Positions 31,642-34,710 of a stretch of 34,710 bases of DNA are shown here, one piece after another. Position numbers and translations under genes: made by a program. Position 1 is the first letter of the stretch. Each line of letters starts with the position of its first letter. The stretch is taken from NCBI GenBank assembly GCA_001275005.1, contig JWZX01003198.1:1-34710 (forward strand), in the 5' to 3' direction. Source of the DNA: Chrysochromulina tobinii. Taxonomy: Eukaryota. A model generated the notes under the pieces. The model ran no database searches. It was not told where the DNA came from and was given only the letters and a program-made list of their open reading frames with translations.

Positions 31642-32358
31642 AGGGGGAGCGCACTGCATTACCCGCTGTGAGACCCAGTGTCTCGAGGTCCATGACAAGT
31701 ATCAAGGGGTAAACCCCTGGACTGGGGCTGTTTCGGTTTCCGGAAAGTTGTTGAATCCGCAACAATCGAATGACATATTGACATTAGACCGGACATTTAC
31801 TAATGTGCGGGCTCGGTTGTGGAGGACCATCAAATCCGGAAATCGCCCGCTCGTCCACCAGGAGCGTCGAGGCACGAGGGGCAGCCCCGTCGTGCGTCGA
31901 GCGCGTGCGCCGGACCGTGGCGACCGTCGCGCCGCGCGACTCCCGGGCCGTCTCCCGCCCCAACTGCGCGATCTGCGCATCTGCCGTGCGTCGAAGCCGC
32001 ACCTCAATGTCATACACAGTGTTTGTAACAGTGTTTGGGGCACATAGACGAGATGTACATCTACATGTATCGTATCGAACGTAAAAAATCTCAGATGTTA
32101 GCTTGCACCCGCAGCTGGGCTCCTTGAGGAACATCAGTGCTAATTCACCGGGCATCTTCACAAAGCCCTTCACAAAGAAGGTTCATGCTTTCTAACCCTG
32201 ACTTTAATTGAAAAACTTAAAGTTTAGTCGGGCCGATTATGATTGCGTGAGGGCGGACGAATTGCGCCGGGAGGGCGTCAGAGATACATGGGGCCTAAGC
32301 CTCATTTTGCGACGGAGACAACCTAGGACGGGACGCCGCTAGTTTGGGATAGGTGACA

Positions 32359-34251
32359 ATGCTGAGCTGTGGGCCGCAGCACGAGTCGCTCGCGCAAGCT
32401 GTAGGCGCCGAGCTGCTCAACGGGCCGGAGAACCTGCTCGGCTGGTCCTCTAGAGGTTGCGCGGTGCGTTTCGGACGCTGGAAATCAAGAGATGTGGCTG
32501 TCAAGTTGCACGCGGGCCCGAACAATATTACGCATTCGGTCCCGCCACCTTCCCACCCAAACGTGGCGAACGTGCTGGCACGACAGGCGGATGAGTCAGG
32601 TAATGTGCTCGAGGTGAGGGAGCTCTGCGGGGGTGGCGAGCTGTACGATCGGATCGCAGAGGAGGGTTCCTTTCAACTAGAGGAGGCCCTCCACTACTTT
32701 GCGCAGGCCGCCTCTGGAATCGCGCACTGCCATGCGCATGGCGTTGTCTTCGGCCAGCTCCGCCCGGAGCATGTACTGCTGGGCAACAGCGGCCAGGTGC
32801 AGCTCGTTGGATTCAACACCGCACGAGTCTCAGACGGCAAGTCGGTTTCGCCGCTCGTGCCGCTCCGGCCGTTGCGTGCGCTCGATGCGCCGGAGCTCCA
32901 CACAGCTGTCAGTGTCATGCCCGCTGAGGACCTGAAAGCAGCGGACATCTGGTCGCTCGGCACGCTGCTGCTGGCGATGTTGATGGGCAGCCCACCCTTC
33001 GCGTCTTCGGTGGAGGGGACCAAGGAGGGCCTGAGCGCGCAAGTCTGCGAGCAGCTGGGCGTGCTGCCCGAGCGCATGCGCACGGCACTGGTTGCCATGC
33101 TTCAGCCGGCGCCGGCAGCGCGTCCGTCCGCCGCTGCGGTCGCTTCCGTCTTCGTCAACGCCCAACACGGCGCCCAATACGGCACACCCGAGGGCTCTGA
33201 TCCCCGTGACTACCGCCCATGTGACGACCGCCACGTGGCCCACATGGCTCGGCCGCCCGCACCGACTGGAGGCGCACCGGCCTGGAGCCAGGGCACGTTC
33301 GCCGGAGGCGTGGAGACGCCTGCGCTGTCTGGGCCAGGCAATCCAAGTACGTGTCGGCAAGGTGTCGCCAACACGAGCTCCACATCGGCGGCGAGTAGCA
33401 GTGGTAGCCTCAACGGTGCGAGCGCTGTCCCCGTCGCGGCGACGCTTTCGGGTAGCGACGAAGGGCCGCCAGTGCGCCTAATGAAGGAGGAAGGTTACGT
33501 GCGCTCCCTCGGGTGGGAGTCACTGCCCCACTCCGCCTCTACGCTGGTCGAGTCGATCACCGCGTCGCTCAGAGGCCTCAACGTGCCCTTCGAGTTCCGG
33601 CCAGCCAAGTATATCTTCATCGCCCAGCCGCCCGAGCAGCCGGAGCCCTCGACGCCGCAATCGGCACCCGAGCTGCTGGGCAGCGAAGGCTCGGATGTGC
33701 TCAACACGCCAAGTCTCGATGCCTCGACCAGGCGGGTAGGGCTGTCCGATGGCTCGTGGGAGTCGGTGGCGTCGCTGCAGCCGCTCGTCGTCTTCATCCG
33801 TGTGCTCAGGGAGAACGCCGCATCGCCGCGGCACGACGTGAGCGTCCGCCGGCTGCAGGGCACCTCTTGGCGCTTTCAGACCTTCTACGCGGCCTTTCGC
33901 GAGCAGATGACCGCCAACCTGGGCCTCGCCGACTACACGCAGCTCTCGCTCTACTCGCCCATCACGCACACACGGCAGCTCTCGCCCTCACAGCTGCGCG
34001 CTTCCTCCTGGTTTATGACCCGCGGGCCTGACGGCGCCGCGGCTGGCAGCAGCAGCAGCAGCGGTGGCTTTGGCGTCGCTGCCAATGCCTCTCCTAGCCT
34101 TGACCCGAGCGCCTGGCCAGTCCCTCACCCGAGTGTGGCAGGCGAGATCAGCTCGAATCGACCCGCCTGCGCGCGCTTCAAGCGGACGTCGTCGTCTAGC
34201 CTCAGCTTGCCCGCGCCCACAGGCGGTGCAAACGGCAGGCAGCGCAAATGA
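32359..34251 (+). CDS. CAMK-group (SNF1/MARK/CHK1-like) pseudokinase with KA1-like C-terminal domain
   Basis: VAVK, HPNV, ELCGGGELYDRI, APE and DIWSLG..L..ML.GSPPF are present. The catalytic loop reads FGQLRPEH and DFG is replaced by VGF. KA1-like HDVSVRRLQGTSWRFQTFY. Confidence 0.82.
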   Translation: MLSCGPQHESLAQAVGAELLNGPENLLGWSSRGCAVRFGRWKSRDVAVKLHAGPNNITHSVPPPSHPNVANVLARQADESGNVLEVRELCGGGELYDRIAEEGSFQLEEALHYFAQAASGIAHCHAHGVVFGQLRPEHVLLGNSGQVQLVGFNTARVSDGKSVSPLVPLRPLRALDAPELHTAVSVMPAEDLKAADIWSLGTLLLAMLMGSPPFASSVEGTKEGLSAQVCEQLGVLPERMRTALVAMLQPAPAARPSAAAVASVFVNAQHGAQYGTPEGSDPRDYRPCDDRHVAHMARPPAPTGGAPAWSQGTFAGGVETPALSGPGNPSTCRQGVANTSSTSAASSSGSLNGASAVPVAATLSGSDEGPPVRLMKEEGYVRSLGWESLPHSASTLVESITASLRGLNVPFEFRPAKYIFIAQPPEQPEPSTPQSAPELLGSEGSDVLNTPSLDASTRRVGLSDGSWESVASLQPLVVFIRVLRENAASPRHDVSVRRLQGTSWRFQTFYAAFREQMTANLGLADYTQLSLYSPITHTRQLSPSQLRASSWFMTRGPDGAAAGSSSSSGGFGVAANASPSLDPSAWPVPHPSVAGEISSNRPACARFKRTSSSSLSLPAPTGGANGRQRK

Positions 34252-34710
34252 AACGGGCCGCGCACGGCATCGAATGGGCATTGCGAGGCCTGTGCTTTTT
34301 TTTCGCAACGTGTGGGCGACAGTGCCCATGCCGGCTTATGAGCGGCTGTACCTTTGGAACCTTGCCCCCAACCCCTGTGCGGCACGTACTCAGTACATCA
34401 AGGCTGTAGTTCCTAAGTCGTACCTCGACGGTATAATGTTGTGTGGTGTGTAGCGTATCGAGGCCACAGTTGTATCAAGCTCAGTGCATGTCGTGCATGT
34501 TCAGCATGTGCGTGTGCATGTCGCATGTGCATACGGCATGATGGGGATCCTGGGCATGCCGGCATAGGCGGGCCGCGTAACGTACGTTAAAAAAAAACCC
34601 AGAAAAAGTGTTCATCAACGGAGCATGTTACATTTGATCTCGCCGCGCGCCGGAGGCGGAGCCCCGGCGCCGCGCCCCCGCCCCCCGCCCGCGGCGGCCC
34701 GCTCAGCGGC

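Noticed and set aside
1..34710. tRNA, rRNA or snRNA genes, transposases and viral genes
   Set aside because: None recognised by eye as given or in spot checks of un-mirrored spacers; an Infernal/tRNAscan run on both versions is needed to exclude them.

Overview
GC-rich, gene-dense eukaryotic DNA with short GT-AG introns (73-122 nt). It is probably a haptophyte alga, inferred from (CAAGT)n microsatellites and an EhSEP2-type selenoprotein. About 16 genes can be supported: an IQ/proline-rich coiled-coil protein (5'-truncated), a WD40 protein, a split-PH/PDZ protein, LAMTOR2, an alpha/beta-hydrolase, a multi-exon filamin-repeat protein, an FHA+PARP-like protein, an HD hydrolase, LAMTOR5, a hypothetical protein, a Kelch/IQ/coiled-coil protein, a DHHC-family acyltransferase with a DHFC motif, a ubiquitin E1, a PDI-like selenoprotein (UGHC) with a type II SECIS, a small membrane protein, and a CAMK-like pseudokinase with a KA1-like tail. 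Two data-quality signals dominate. (1) Most long intergenic spacers read as mirror images of host DNA (reversed, not complemented); reading them backwards restores introns and terminal exons. This is most likely an in-silico or assembly artefact, not biology. (2) At least three, probably four, genes carry single-base insertions in short C/G runs. The clearest hidden biology is the UGA-recoded selenoprotein with its SECIS. I found no convincing wholly new biological system.
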